A stretch of DNA of 64,000 bases. Origin: Octopus bimaculoides. Its lineage: Eukaryota. Both the position numbers and the translations under genes were made by a program. The stretch covers positions 25,244,972 to 25,308,971 of the forward strand of contig NC_069000.1 of NCBI RefSeq assembly GCF_001194135.2, given 5' to 3'. Shown here piece after piece: positions 11,644 through 24,094 of this stretch. Numbering within the stretch: the first letter of the stretch is position 1; each line of letters starts with the position of its first letter. The notes beneath the pieces were generated by a model. That model saw nothing but the letters and a program-made list of their open reading frames with translations. It ran no database searches and was not told the origin of the DNA.

Positions 11644-12193
11644 GGATCTTTTTTAAAACGGGGGCCACATTTTTCATTAACGAAACACTTTGAAACTTGG
11701 AACACTGGTAGAATGTGTCATATAAAACATCTTTTTCTCTTAGTCTTCTTAAAAAAAAAAGAAATCCATAAATTATTCCATGTTAAAGTTGTCGTATTTC
11801 TGTAATTTCAACCAATCACTGACGTCCATTCAGCCGATATACATTAAGTGCCGACTACATAAACAAACGATTCTGAAACAATTAACCCTAACCCTAACCC
11901 TAACTCTAACCCGAACCCTAACCATAGGGTTAGGGTTAGGGTTAAAGCAAATTTAAAATGAAAAAAGCNNNNNNNNNNNNNNNNNNNNNNNNNNNNNNNN
12001 NNNNNNNNNNNNNNNNNNNNNNNNNNNNNNNNNNNNNNNNNNNNNNNNNNNNNNNNNNNNNNNNNNNNNNNNNNNNNNNNNNNNNNNNNATAACACAAAA
12101 TAGATAAGTATACGAAGTTTGAAAGTCTTTCGGTACCAAAAACACTACGTAAAACATTAATGAAAAATGTGGCCCCCGTTTTAAAAAAGATCC
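11644..12193. mobile_element. MITE copy 2 (Merlin-like), 8-bp TSD AATGCCGC, inverted telomeric-repeat core
   Basis: Same TIRs as copy 1; TSD at 11636-11643 and 12194-12201; (TAACCC)n..(GGGTTA)n at 11882-11945. Confidence 0.9.
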
Positions 12194-13099
12194 AATGCCG
12201 CTATTCATCGAGTCCAGTGCGGTTGGTGTTGCATTTGTCTTCAGTGGTTAAAATATATCACAAACATATCTGTGCGTGCAGAAATATACACATAAAGTAA
12301 TAGTGAGTGAGATGGGGAGAGATTACAGTTTATTCATTGAACACGATTGACATAAGCACCTTCTCTCTCCTCATATATATAAGAAAATATCCTCATACAT
12401 GAAAGCACCCCCCCCCCACACAAACACAGAACAAGGGAGAACGAGTAACATTCTAGAACTCTTAGGTCAAATAAGTCAGCGTCAAATTAACGACACCAAA
12501 TAGTATCATCGCAGCTGATACTAATGTCAGTTACTACTACAAAATTGCTATATTAAACAAATGAATATTTATCAATAAATTTTAATCAAAACTGTACGTA
12601 TTAGGTTAATGTAATCACCTTGTATGTAATATTTATATATAATATCTATATATATTATCTATGCAATAGCTGTATGTATGCAATAACTATAGATTTTTGT
12701 CAATACTGCATGCAATACATAAATGTAAGCATATTTTTGATGCACCCTTAACTAACAAGTGATTGCATCTATAAATATAGGTAGTATTAACTACAATCTA
12801 TAGATATATACAGTAAAACTAGTTATTTATTAATTATATGTAATTTCACTTATCAGGGTTTAAAGCAATTTCTTTGTCTTCCTCGAGAAATATTAAGGTA
12901 CATGTAGCATAGATTGAAAACATTCAAGAGCTTCGACAGAAACTAAGTTCGCCAGGATTGTCAGATAAAAGCCACTTGACGTTCCGAATAACTTTAATAC
13001 TAGACACAGACAAACAACCAAGATTCAGAAGCCTGGCCACCACATCGTTTCGAACCGACGATCTACTAGCAACAAATTTTACCAACTTTTCCGTTCGTC

Positions 13100-13577
13100 A
13101 TCATCACCACCACCACTGCAATCACCATCCACCCTACCACCACCGCTAAAACCACCAACCTTTACAAATTGCCGCTAAATTCCACCACCAAACATTAACG
13201 TCTGTCAATTATTACCAGCTACCACCATTATTATTCCTTATTATCATCACCACCGCTACCACTACTACCGCCACAACTACTACCACCGCCACAATCACAA
13301 CCACCACTACCACCAATACCACCACGACCATCACCACCAACTCTTATCACCCCCAACCCCCACCGACCCCATTGACATCACCATGAAAATGTCCACCCAG
13401 AACCAACACCGCCTCTAACACTACCTCTATAATAGCCACGGCTGTCATAACAGCAGTTCTGTCATAACAGCTGTATTGTTAAATGACATAGTTGTAATGA
13501 TAATAATCGTATGTCACCATGAAAGATGGGAAGGATGGGTAGTGGTGAGTATGGGCTGACGATGATGATGATGATGG

Positions 13578-13608
<31 letters not shown>

Positions 13609-13680
13609 GATGCTAAAAGTGTTGGTGATGTTGACGATGCTGGTGGTGTTGGAGAGAACTTGGAAGGGGAAAAAGTCAAT
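13100..13680. repeat. low-complexity CAC/ACC then GAT/GGT repeats
   Basis: Directly visible. Confidence 0.85.
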
Positions 13681-14349
13681 ATGACAAGGGTGTAGAGTAA
13701 CACGGTGATATATAAGACGGCGTAGAGTGACTGACATTCACTAAGGACATACGCATTTGGTAAAAAAAATCGGTTGACAAATTTTTGTTGATTTAAATAA
13801 ATAAGTGGAGACAGATTGTATCAACGATATTCATAAATACAAATAATTAAGATAAAATAATTAAAAGCGTATCATTTGTAGCATAAGCACAGGCCTGGTT
13901 GTCTGGTGAAGTGGTTCGTTTCCTAATGACTTCGCCCACGTCCGATCTCACTGCGGGGTACCTGTAATGTCGGTTCGACGTTTATACAGGGTGGAGGTGT
14001 TACAAGTGTTAAATATCAGAGTTGTTTCCTATGGGAAAATACCTTAGAGTAATGGGTGTGACATAATAAAAAAAAAAAGAATGAGAATGATAATAATAAG
14101 AAAAAGGTAAAATAAGAAAACACCGAAAGAAAAAAAAGGTAAACAGAAGAAAATGAAAAATGACAGATAAGAAGACGGTGATGATAATGATGACGAGGAA
14201 GGTAAAAGGCGGGAGAGGAGGAGAAGTTAGGGGATGGAAGATGCAGGGGGAAAATGGAATAAATTTTCAGAAAAAAAGAAAATAAAAGGAGAAAATTAGA
14301 GAATGGAAAGAGGTGTAAGAAGATGAAGAACAAGAGAAGAAATTCTTTT

Positions 14350-14672
14350 CTATTCTAGGTACAAGGCCCGAAATTTTGGGGGAGGGGGGGCCAGTCGATT
14401 AAATCGAACCCAGTACGCAACTGGTGCTAACGTTTCTTATTTCTTTATTGCCCACAGGGGACTAAACATAGGGGTGGGGGAAACAAGGGCAGACAAAGGG
14501 ATTAAGTCGATTACACGACCCCAGTGCGTAACTTGTACTTAATTTATCGATTCCGAAAGGATGAAAGACAAAGTCGACCTCGGCGCAATTTGAACTCAGA
14601 ACGTAACGGCAGGCGAAATACTGCTAAGCATTTCGCCCGGAGGGGTAACGTTTCTGCCAGCTCACCGCCTTG
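14350..14672 (-). mobile_element. family B SINE with alternative tail, nested in or adjacent to the tail of another family B copy
   Basis: Head CTGCCAGCTCACCGCCTT at about 14655-14672; two AGTCGATTA..CGA.CCCAGT modules with different tails. Confidence 0.75.
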
Positions 14673-17600
14673 AAAAAGAGAAGAAATTAGAAGGAAAATT
14701 ATGCTGAAGAAAACTTCTAGAAGAAAGGTGAAGGAGGAGATGAAGACGAAATGACGTGGAGTAAGAAGAGAAGGAAAACGATGAGGGATACAGAAATATT
14801 CTAACAGCAAAAATTGGTAAAACTACAAAAATAAAAAAATAAAAATAAAACAGTCCCATCCCCTAGAAAAACATTAATAAAAGTTCTTCAACAAAAGAAA
14901 AAAAGTAATAATAACCTCATTAACGTAAAGTGCCTCAACAAAATCAAGAACAAATCATAAGAGAAAATAAGGAAGAAAGAAGGAACTGTTTGACCACCTT
15001 TATTGGCAATAGAAAACAAGATGAATGCTAAATCGACATGTCTTTGTCCTTTAGTTCAATGTTTATGTTATCTCCCAGTTGAGTGAAACCACCTAATGGT
15101 TAATCATTTATATGAACTAGACAAATGACTGTTTATGATATTTTGTTTTTAAATTGCGATCGTTATTAAGTTGTGAGAAACGCTGAACGTGGGGTAGATA
15201 TAAAGTACATTCAACTTCGTAGCTTTGAGTTCGGTTCACTTACAATACAGAATCTGAGGGCAAGTGTCTTCTATCGTCATTTCAGCTTGAGTAAAATATT
15301 GTAGACAAAAGCCTGCCTCATATACCCCAATTACTTCTTCTAAATGTCCCTCAAACCCGATATTTTTCTATTTATATGTTGTAACGTTTTCCATTTATCT
15401 TCATTATTTATTTGATTAAGGTGGCGACTTTGCCTTTCATCATTTCGGGATCGTGGGGTTTGATGAAATCAATTATTCTTTTCCTCTATTTTATCGATTA
15501 TTCTTTCCTCTATTTTGTTGGCCTTGTGTCAACATTTAAAACAAAAGGTGGCAAACTGATAGAATCGTTAGCACGGTTAAAATGTTTTACATTTCTTCTG
15601 ACTCTACGTTCTGCGTCCTCTATATCAAGGCTCAGTTGAGTTTCCACGAGTGCTGTGCATAGGGCTTGTTTGCATGCAACAAGGTCCCTCAGGAAAAAAT
15701 TTGCTTTTGTTGTTGTGATGCAAAATGCCTCCCATATTTAGTAAAAATATTGGCGTGACGACTGTGCAGGCGTTAGGGGAGGCCATCCCTTGCCTGTTGA
15801 TTGTGATGATCTTGCGCAGTGGTGGGCAAAATTTCGTGTTTGTGCTTGATGTAACCAGGCCAGCTGCTGCACAATATTTTGCGCCATGCACAAAAAAGAC
15901 TCTTGCTCAGCTTCTGCCTTGCACATGACACCTGAAGAGCGCACTGCGTTTATATACTTTTTCTTTGGAGACGATTGGTGCCTTTCCTCAGGGAAATATT
16001 TCTCCTTAAGATCCTAGTAGTTTTGGCGATGTCTCGGGGGAACAAATTGGCAATTTGTACCGTCTTCCCCATGCCAACATTTGCCTTGCAAACACACACA
16101 CACACACACACACACANNNNNNNNNNNNNNNNNNNNNNNNNNNNNNNNNNNNNNNNNNNNNNNNNNNNNNNNNNNNNNNNNNNNNNNNNNNNNNNNNNNN
16201 NNNNNNNNNNNNNNNNNNNNNNNNNNNNNNNNNNNNNNNNNNNNNNNNNNNNNNNNNNNNNNNNNNNNNNNNNNNNNNNNNNNNNNNNNNNNNNNNNNNN
16301 NNNNNNNNNNNNNNNNNNNNNNNNNNNNNNNNNNNNNNNNNNNNNNNNNNNNNNNNNNNNNNNNNNNNNNNNNNNNNNNNNNNNNNNNNNNNNNNNNNNN
16401 NNNNNNNNNNNNNNNNNNNNNNNNNNNNNNNNNNNNNNNNNNNNNNNNNNNNNNNNNNNNNNNNNNNNNNNNNNNNNNNNNNNNNNNNNNNNNNNNNNNN
16501 NNNNNNNNNNNNNNNNNNNNNNNNNNNNNNNNNNNNNNNNNNNNNNNNNNNNNNNNNNNNNNNNNNNNNNNNNNNNNNNNNNNNNNNNNNNNNNNNNNNN
16601 NNNNNNNNNNNNNNNNNNNNNNNNNNNNNNNNNNNNNNNNNNNNNNNNNNNNNNNNNNNNNNNNNNNNNNNNNNNNNNNNNNNNNNNNNNNNNNNNNNNN
16701 NNNNNNNNNNNNNNNNNNNNNNNNNNNCGACTTAAATCAAATTAACTTGTCTCTATGCTAAACCGATAATAACCATTCCCAGTTCTGTACTGTATTTATA
16801 AATGCATTTTCAATAATCCACGGTTAATAAGAAACCTATTTTAAGCTTACAAACAATTAATTTTTATTTTTTAATAAAGTATAGTAAAAAAAAAAAACAG
16901 TAATCTAAATTTCCGAATACAATTTGGCGGTGTTTACCGTACATCGCGGACGCTTTATTTATGAATGCGGTTTGCAATAAGACATAGTAAACTAAAAGCC
17001 TTTTTTTTAAGCTTAAAAAACAAATTCAATTATTATTATTATTTTTTTATTATATTTACCAATATGTACATACAATTTGGTGGTTTACATTGCAAATGTA
17101 GACGGCTGTGGGTCATAAACATCAACAGCTGACTCTGGTTGTTCCTGTTGTTCAATGCGTTCACTAAGCTGCACTACTTTATGGTGAGAATCTTAACATT
17201 TACTACTGTACGTATTTTAATATGATTTTATATGCTTTTATTCTTATTTATTGTACAGTAACATGATTTTATGTACTTTTAACCGTCTTATTTTCTCTCT
17301 CTAACACTGCTTGCTCTCCACATCTAATCATTCCGCCTTTGAACTTCTCTGCATTATGTTCTGAAATGGACGATCCTTTTCTATCCTGATGACAGAGGTT
17401 CAATTTATTCAACGTTGATTACTTCCATTATGGTTTTAAAAACTACATCTACCAACATTATGATGGATCTCCGAGCCTCCAGAAACAGCTGTTGAATTTA
17501 TAACACCTTACTTTTCCCCTTTCATTGTCTCTGTCATTTGTACCCTGTTTAAGTTGGGTCTATTAATAGAAATATTTATATATTTATACTTAAATATTCA

Positions 17601-17744
17601 TTGTCTGAAAGTCTTCACTCTTTGCTTTCTCTTGTTTTGCATGTATACATATATACGTATTTTGTATTTCATACCCAAGCTGTTATATTTCATATTTTTT
17701 ATTTGTTTATCCGCATAATTGCCTCTGCTCAACTTATCCCTCTT

Positions 17745-17897
17745 ATCAGTTTCTGTCTGCCAAATCTATTCTCAAGGCTTTAGTGGGCCCGAGATTATAG
17801 TAGGAAACACTTGCCCAAGGTGTCACGCAGTGGGACTGGACTCGGAACAATGTGACTGGGAAGCAAACTTCTTACGACACAGCCATGCCTACGCCTA
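17745..17897 (-). mobile_element. family A SINE head
   Basis: ACACTTGCCCAAGGTGTCACGCAGTGGGAC..CACAGCCATGCCTACGCC. Confidence 0.8.
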
Positions 17898-18791
17898 TAT
17901 ATATATATATNNNNNNNNNNNNNNNNNNNNNNNNNNNNNNNNNNNNNNNNNNNNNNNNNNNNNNNNNNNNNNNNNNNNNNNNNNNNNNNNNNNNNNNNNN
18001 NNNNNNNNNNNNNNNNNNNNNNNNNNNNNNNNNNNNNNNNNNNNNNNNNNNNNNNNNNNNNNNNNNNNNNNNNNNNNNNNNNNNNNNNNNNNNNNNNNNN
18101 NNNNNNNNNNNNNNNNNNNNNNNAGAGAGAGAGAATAGTAGAGAGAGAGAGAGAGAATAGTAGAGAGAGAGAGAGAGAGAGAGAGAGTAGTAGAGAGAGG
18201 GAGAGGGTGAGGGTGAGAGTGACGAACAGACACAGGCTACAAGGAAAGAAGAGCAAGAAGATTGTTGAGAGCGGATGTAGAATAAGAAACTCTAGTAAAA
18301 ATGAAAATAAAGCTCTTATTTGACAAAAGTCACAATTTCCTAGACCTTCCCATTCATATCTGCTAAAACGACAAAATTTAATAGAAAGAAAATATAAACA
18401 AGTTGAGCAACTGATCTGTCTGATCTTATGACACCAAAACACAGATTACTCATATACGGCGACCTTGAACATTTCTTTTGCGCTAATTTATGTTAAATAA
18501 TCGTCTGTTATATGGGCGTAGTAAAAATTCTAACTCAAGAAGTTTTCAATTATTTTAAGTCTCACCATCATTAACCATCTAATTTGCAAAAAAGACAAAA
18601 TTAAAATAATTGTGAGATAATATTTATGTTTGCCAAATATTTATCATAATGAAATCTGGTGCAACCAATTTAGGAAAACCGTGAACGAACAATCATTAGT
18701 ATTGCAAATAACCGCTCGGCTAGTCTCATACACACACGCACACGCACACGCACACACGCACGCACGCACTCACGCACGCATGCATGCACGC

Positions 18792-18878
<87 letters not shown>

Positions 18879-18939
18879 CAGAAAACAAGGACACATACAT
18901 ACATACATGTATACATACGTACGTACGAAAATACATTTG

Positions 18940-19915
18940 GACTACTTGATTGGAAGCTTGATGAGATTCGAGCCATTAATGTGAAAACCTGGAAGATACT
19001 GACCGGCACAAATAATTTTCACATCAACAGCGGTGTAGACCGCCTCTACCGAAATAGAAAACAAGGAAGCTTAACATTGACCCATACTGCCTTTGAATGT
19101 CACATCATATCCCTTCGAAAACATCTTTTAATCACCAAGTGTCGAAGTGCCCCCCTCATCAAATTTGCATAGACGAGGCAGATAACATATTGAGACTTGG
19201 AAAGCCGTTCCTCGAGAAACACTCCTTGCGTGATAGCATTGTATACAAGCCCAAATAAGTTTCATGACTCTACCGCAACGTATCATCAAATGAAAGGATA
19301 AGCGTAAATCAGATAAAGACCATGCACGGCTTTATTAACAGAAAGCTACGGGATAATAGTGACATTGATATGGACCAACAACCGTATCACTAACTCTTAC
19401 CCTGAAGAAAGTGCAATCCAGGAACAGGAAATAGCAACCAAATTCTTGGCGCACAAAACGGGCAGAGATACAGGAAAAACGCCAAAATGTGAAAGCCGAT
19501 GTAGATTTTGTGTAATTAACACCAAAGATATCACGTTCATCATGAGTAATTGTCCCAAAATGTTATCGCGTTATTATTCACTGATGAGACATGACGTTGT
19601 AGCCAAGCCAATACACTGTACAATGAGATCCGTCGGAAGGCAAATTCAAAGGCCAAAGACATAAGGACCCACAGTTTGGTAGAGGGCATAGCCACCCATA
19701 GTATGAAAGTGCACTGATGGAATGCTGCAGTGAAAACCTCAATAAAATGGAAATATAACAGATATAACACAACAGACATAACATAGTGATGTGGGACAAA
19801 GAGAAACTATGTACAGTAGTGGAAATCAGCGAAAAAGAAAACATCTGTGCTTGCTGAACTATTGAGAAATTTACAGCTACAGCTACCCGGATTACAAATT
19901 CAGATTTAGGCCACT
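18940..19915 (+). mobile_element. R4/Dong-like LINE 3' half (post-RT region, CCHC knuckle, RLE start), decayed
   Basis: FGLLDWKLDEIRAINVKTWKILTGTNNFHINSGVDRLY; AIQEQEIATKFL; CRFC..DITFIMSNCPKMLSRYYSLMRHDVVAK; IVMWDKEKLCTVVEIS. Confidence 0.85.
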
Positions 19916-20090
19916 AGGATTTATAACGAACTTCTATAGGCATAAGAATACATACATAAAACATACAAATGCACTGATTCCTAATATTGCACATATACAC
20001 GCAAATATGCACAAAATCTTTGTTGTTTAAAATTCCAATGACGGAGTCTTGAAGGACTCTTTTTTTATTTGCAAATCTGGAAAAAAAGTT

Positions 20091-20129
<39 letters not shown>

Positions 20130-20158
20130 GACAGACAGACAGACAAACAAACATATAA

Positions 20159-20191
<33 letters not shown>

Positions 20192-20202
20192 TATATATAA
20201 AT

Positions 20203-23200
20203 AAGGTGGTTGTTTACTCCTCATGCAGAGTCTAACCACCTCATGTACCTACACCTTAGATCCATCATGGCGTCTGATGTGGCTTTTTAAACCAGACAAT
20301 ATATTGAAAACACACCCACATAGATTGCATATCTGATTTGGACCACCAAGAGCTGCAATTAAGTTCTCATCTTTGTGGATCTTAAAATGTCTTTTGAGAG
20401 CATGTATACATACAAAGGTATAGTCTGTCACAAACTGTACACACTAAAAGGTCACTGAGATTCACCTTCTCATTCGCCACATTCTTCTTTAAATCTCTTT
20501 TGAGTCTTGCATGTGTCACCCTGGCCTCCTCAAAAGATTTCTCTCCATTCCACACATTTCTTCGTTTCTATGGCCTTTGGAGCCATTCCAGGTGACTTCA
20601 TGGTAGTTCATATGCCATCCTTAAACTTTTCTAGGTTTACATCGATTGTGTTTCCCCTCCATAAAACACCGATTGTGTTTCCTCACCATAAAACAGCTGT
20701 TTGGGTGTGCGTTCATCCACCATTCGAGCGATATGGCCACACCATCTCATTTGATTTTTCTGAATCATTGATTTAATTGAAGTGCTGCCTGGCAGACGCA
20801 AAGACATCTGTATTTGAAGTAAAAATGCCCCATTTAATGTTTAAAATGCGGTGAAGACATTTTTTTAATGTAGAATCGTTCCAACAGTTTGAAATGTCTT
20901 TCATCACACGTCCATGTTTCAGAAATATTCAACAGGGATGGTAAGACGAACGATTTGTAAAGAACCAATTTTGTGTTGTTATTTATATGTCGTTGGCGCC
21001 ATCCCCGTGATTCAAAACTACCAAATGCTTGCGCTGCCCTTTGAATTCGCAGGTGTATTTCTGTGTCCAGATTTCCATCATTTTGTATAGAGCTTCCGAA
21101 ATAGATGAAAGAGTCTACAACCTCCAGTCACTTACCCTTAACGAAAGTTTTAGTGGGGTTGCAAACAGCACCATGTGCAGGTTGATACATGACAACTGTT
21201 TTTTTCAAGTTGATGATCAAGCCAAAATCATTACAAGCTGAGTTAAATGCAGATACAAGAGATTGCAGGCCCATATCAGAGTGACTGACTAAATCGCAAT
21301 CGTCAGGGTATAAGAATTCTCTAATGAGTGAAGTTTGTTTTGAATTTCAGTCTAGTCAGTTTAAAAACATTCCCTATTGTTTGATATTTTATATAAATAT
21401 CCTCCTCAGAGTTTTGAAAAGCGTGTGACAGTACATCAGCAAACTATATTGCAAAGAGGGTGGGTGCATCAAGGTCGCCTTGCTTTACTCAATTTTCCAT
21501 GGCAAAAGATTCAGAAATCCGACCATCAAGATTAACTCTAACCTTCGTATCTTGATGTAAAGCCCTGGTCATGTTTACAATTTTTTTCTGGGTAACCTAT
21601 TTTCCTTAGTATTAGTCAAAGCGTATTTCGATTAACAGTAACGAATACCTTAATACCTTGATTAAATCAACAAAGCAATGTTATAGAGCAAGATTCTGTT
21701 CAATGAACTTTTCCTGAAATTCTCTAATAGTAAAGATACAATCAACTGTGCCTCTGGAGGAGCGAAAACCACATTGAGACTCAGACACCATATCTGGAAC
21801 AATGAAGGTATTTAAGCGCTCTAACAGAATGCGGGCAAGTACTTTTCCAATTACAGACGAAAGTGAAATCCCACGAAAATTACACAGATCCTTTGACCCC
21901 GATTTATACAAGGAGACTAAAATGACATCAATCCAGTCTTGAGACACTTCCTCAGTTCTCCAACAGAGACAAATTAATATATTTAATAGTTCAAACATTT
22001 TTTTCACTACCATATTTCAAGACCTCTGCACAGATTTCATCAGACCATGGAGACTTATTGTTATTCAGCTTATTCATAGCGAAATAAATATCATTTAGAG
22101 TTGGTTCAAATGCCATATCCCTTAGAACTGGAAGGTGTTCGATTTTTTCTATCATCCTCATACAAACGGATGATGGCCTATTCAAAAGTGCAGAAAAATA
22201 TTTTATCTAGCGCTTATGGTTAGAAGCGGTGTTAATCAAAAGCAAACGTCCATTTCCTGTTCTCACTGGAGCTATTGAAGATTTGGGGTCATATACCTCC
22301 TTGACATAAGAGTACAAACTCTAGGCATCATTTCTATCAGCTGCTTCATGCGCCCATTTTGTTCTGTCACTCCACCATTCCTGTTTAATTTTCCTAAGAG
22401 CAGTCTGCACTTTCCATTTCAGCTTTCTGTAAGCTTCGTTTGAGTTGGGGTTGAAAGACTGAGAAAGAAGTGCATTGCCTAAGTTTTGTTTTTCTGAAAG
22501 TAGATCATGAATTTCTGGTGATTTGTCTGAAAACCAGTCACTGGACTTGCGCGATTTAAATCCAACCGAAGAACTTGCAGCCGGAAATACTTTCGCTTTG
22601 AAATCTTCCCATAAATTGTTTGGATCAAGATTGATACTTTCTATAGCATCGTGGAATCTTTGTAAGTTGCTTGGAAATCTGAAGTTTCCAACGTTTAACT
22701 TTTTGGCTACCTAAGGACCAGACAGTCGACTTTTAGACATTCCACGCACTAGAAGATGGTCAGTCTAGCTCTCTGCTCCTCTCAGATGGTTTTATACTTA
22801 TTTCTCTGTTTAAACAGTATTGGTAACAACCAAATTATTCTCAGTACAAAGCGTCAAAAGAGCTACTCCACTTTTATTACATTTTCCAATCTCATGTCTG
22901 CCACGAAATGTAGTCATTTCCAACTCTTGCGTTGAAATCTCCCAATATGACCAGCTTGTTAGAAATTGGTACTTTCCTCAATAGTTGTACTAGATCATCA
23001 TAAAACTGTCCTACAGCTTCATCAAAATGAGACATTGTTGGTTTATAAATACTGACAACGGTAAGAAACCCATCTTTTGTCAGTTTTATGCGGCATGACA
23101 TAGTTCGTTGAGATATACCACTTGGAAATTCTGCAATGAAGGATACTAATGAATTCTTGAGAGAAAACCCAACAACAGATTCTCTATGCTGACCTTCAGG

Positions 23201-23690
23201 TAGGTCTCTCCAGAAGATAGTATATCCATAAGTAGGTTCATTTGACCCTCACCGCAGAGTTTCAGAGAGCGTAACTATATCAAGAAAATATTTCTTAAGT
23301 TCACATGCAATAAATGCCGTACGCCTTTCTGGTCTCTTGTTGAAATTAGTGTGCGCACATTCCAACAGCCAAAAATTCAGAGGATGTTTATTTATTCTTC
23401 TTCTTGAAAATTGTTTGACCACAGTGGCAGAATGACGACCGGGCCCAGCCTGTGGCACATTGGGACACCTACCGAGCCAGACTGTTCCCCTGACATTCCC
23501 AAGCCTTTTTTTTGCTATTTACTGAATCTGAGACATTTTACAGTAGGTTGAAAGTGCATTTTTAGGTTTCTGCCAACCAATTCAATCATTTACTAAGATT
23601 TGGTGTACAAGAAGTACCTGTGCAAATGAATAATTTTCAGTGGGTATAGCTTGCACTGCACTAACCCCACCTATAGGGCTAAGAAGACTT
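20203..23690 (-). mobile_element. near full-length RTE-clade LINE (APE, RT, two C2H2 fingers, 3' stem-loop), pseudogenised
   Basis: APE: RPERRTAFIACELKKYFLDIVTLSET and LVILGDFNARVG; RT: NFRGISLSSVIGKVLARIL, ESQCGFRSSRGTVD, EFLYPDDCDLVSHS; C-terminal CNLCGCVFNILSGLKSHIRRH. Confidence 0.92.
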
Positions 23691-24034
23691 TCGCCGGTAT
23701 GATATGAGAACATTCGCCGGTATGACATATATAAATATATATGTATAATTAAGATTCAGTTGAATTAGGTACTTAAATTGAGGCACCTTGATAGTTCAGT
23801 ATAGTTCGCACACCTCAACAATATTATGGGAATATTGAATATCAAGACTCTGTGTAGGAGTGTTTGTACATCATATTCATGTCGTGAATATCTCCGCTCT
23901 TGGTAATTCAGATATGTACTTTTTATATAAAGGTACTTTCTATAGTATTTCCGAAGTGCAAATTCCCAGTTTGGTGAACAGAATATAAATAAGTAACAAA
24001 GCCGTAATGAATTGACACCTGTACGTCTTTGCTA

Positions 24035-24074
<40 letters not shown>

Positions 24075-24094
24075 AGACATCTGTATTTTCATAG

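Noticed and set aside
11882-11945. Telomere-telomere fusion or chromosome end
   Set aside because: The inverted TTAGGG array is internal to a TSD-flanked MITE, and its G-rich end recurs in the second copy.
23690-23725. Direct repeats TTCGCCGGTATGA x2 (also the 27-bp pair at 52560-52615 and the pair at about 30302-30348) as CRISPR-like arrays
   Set aside because: Only two units, no regular unique spacers, eukaryotic context; simple local duplications.
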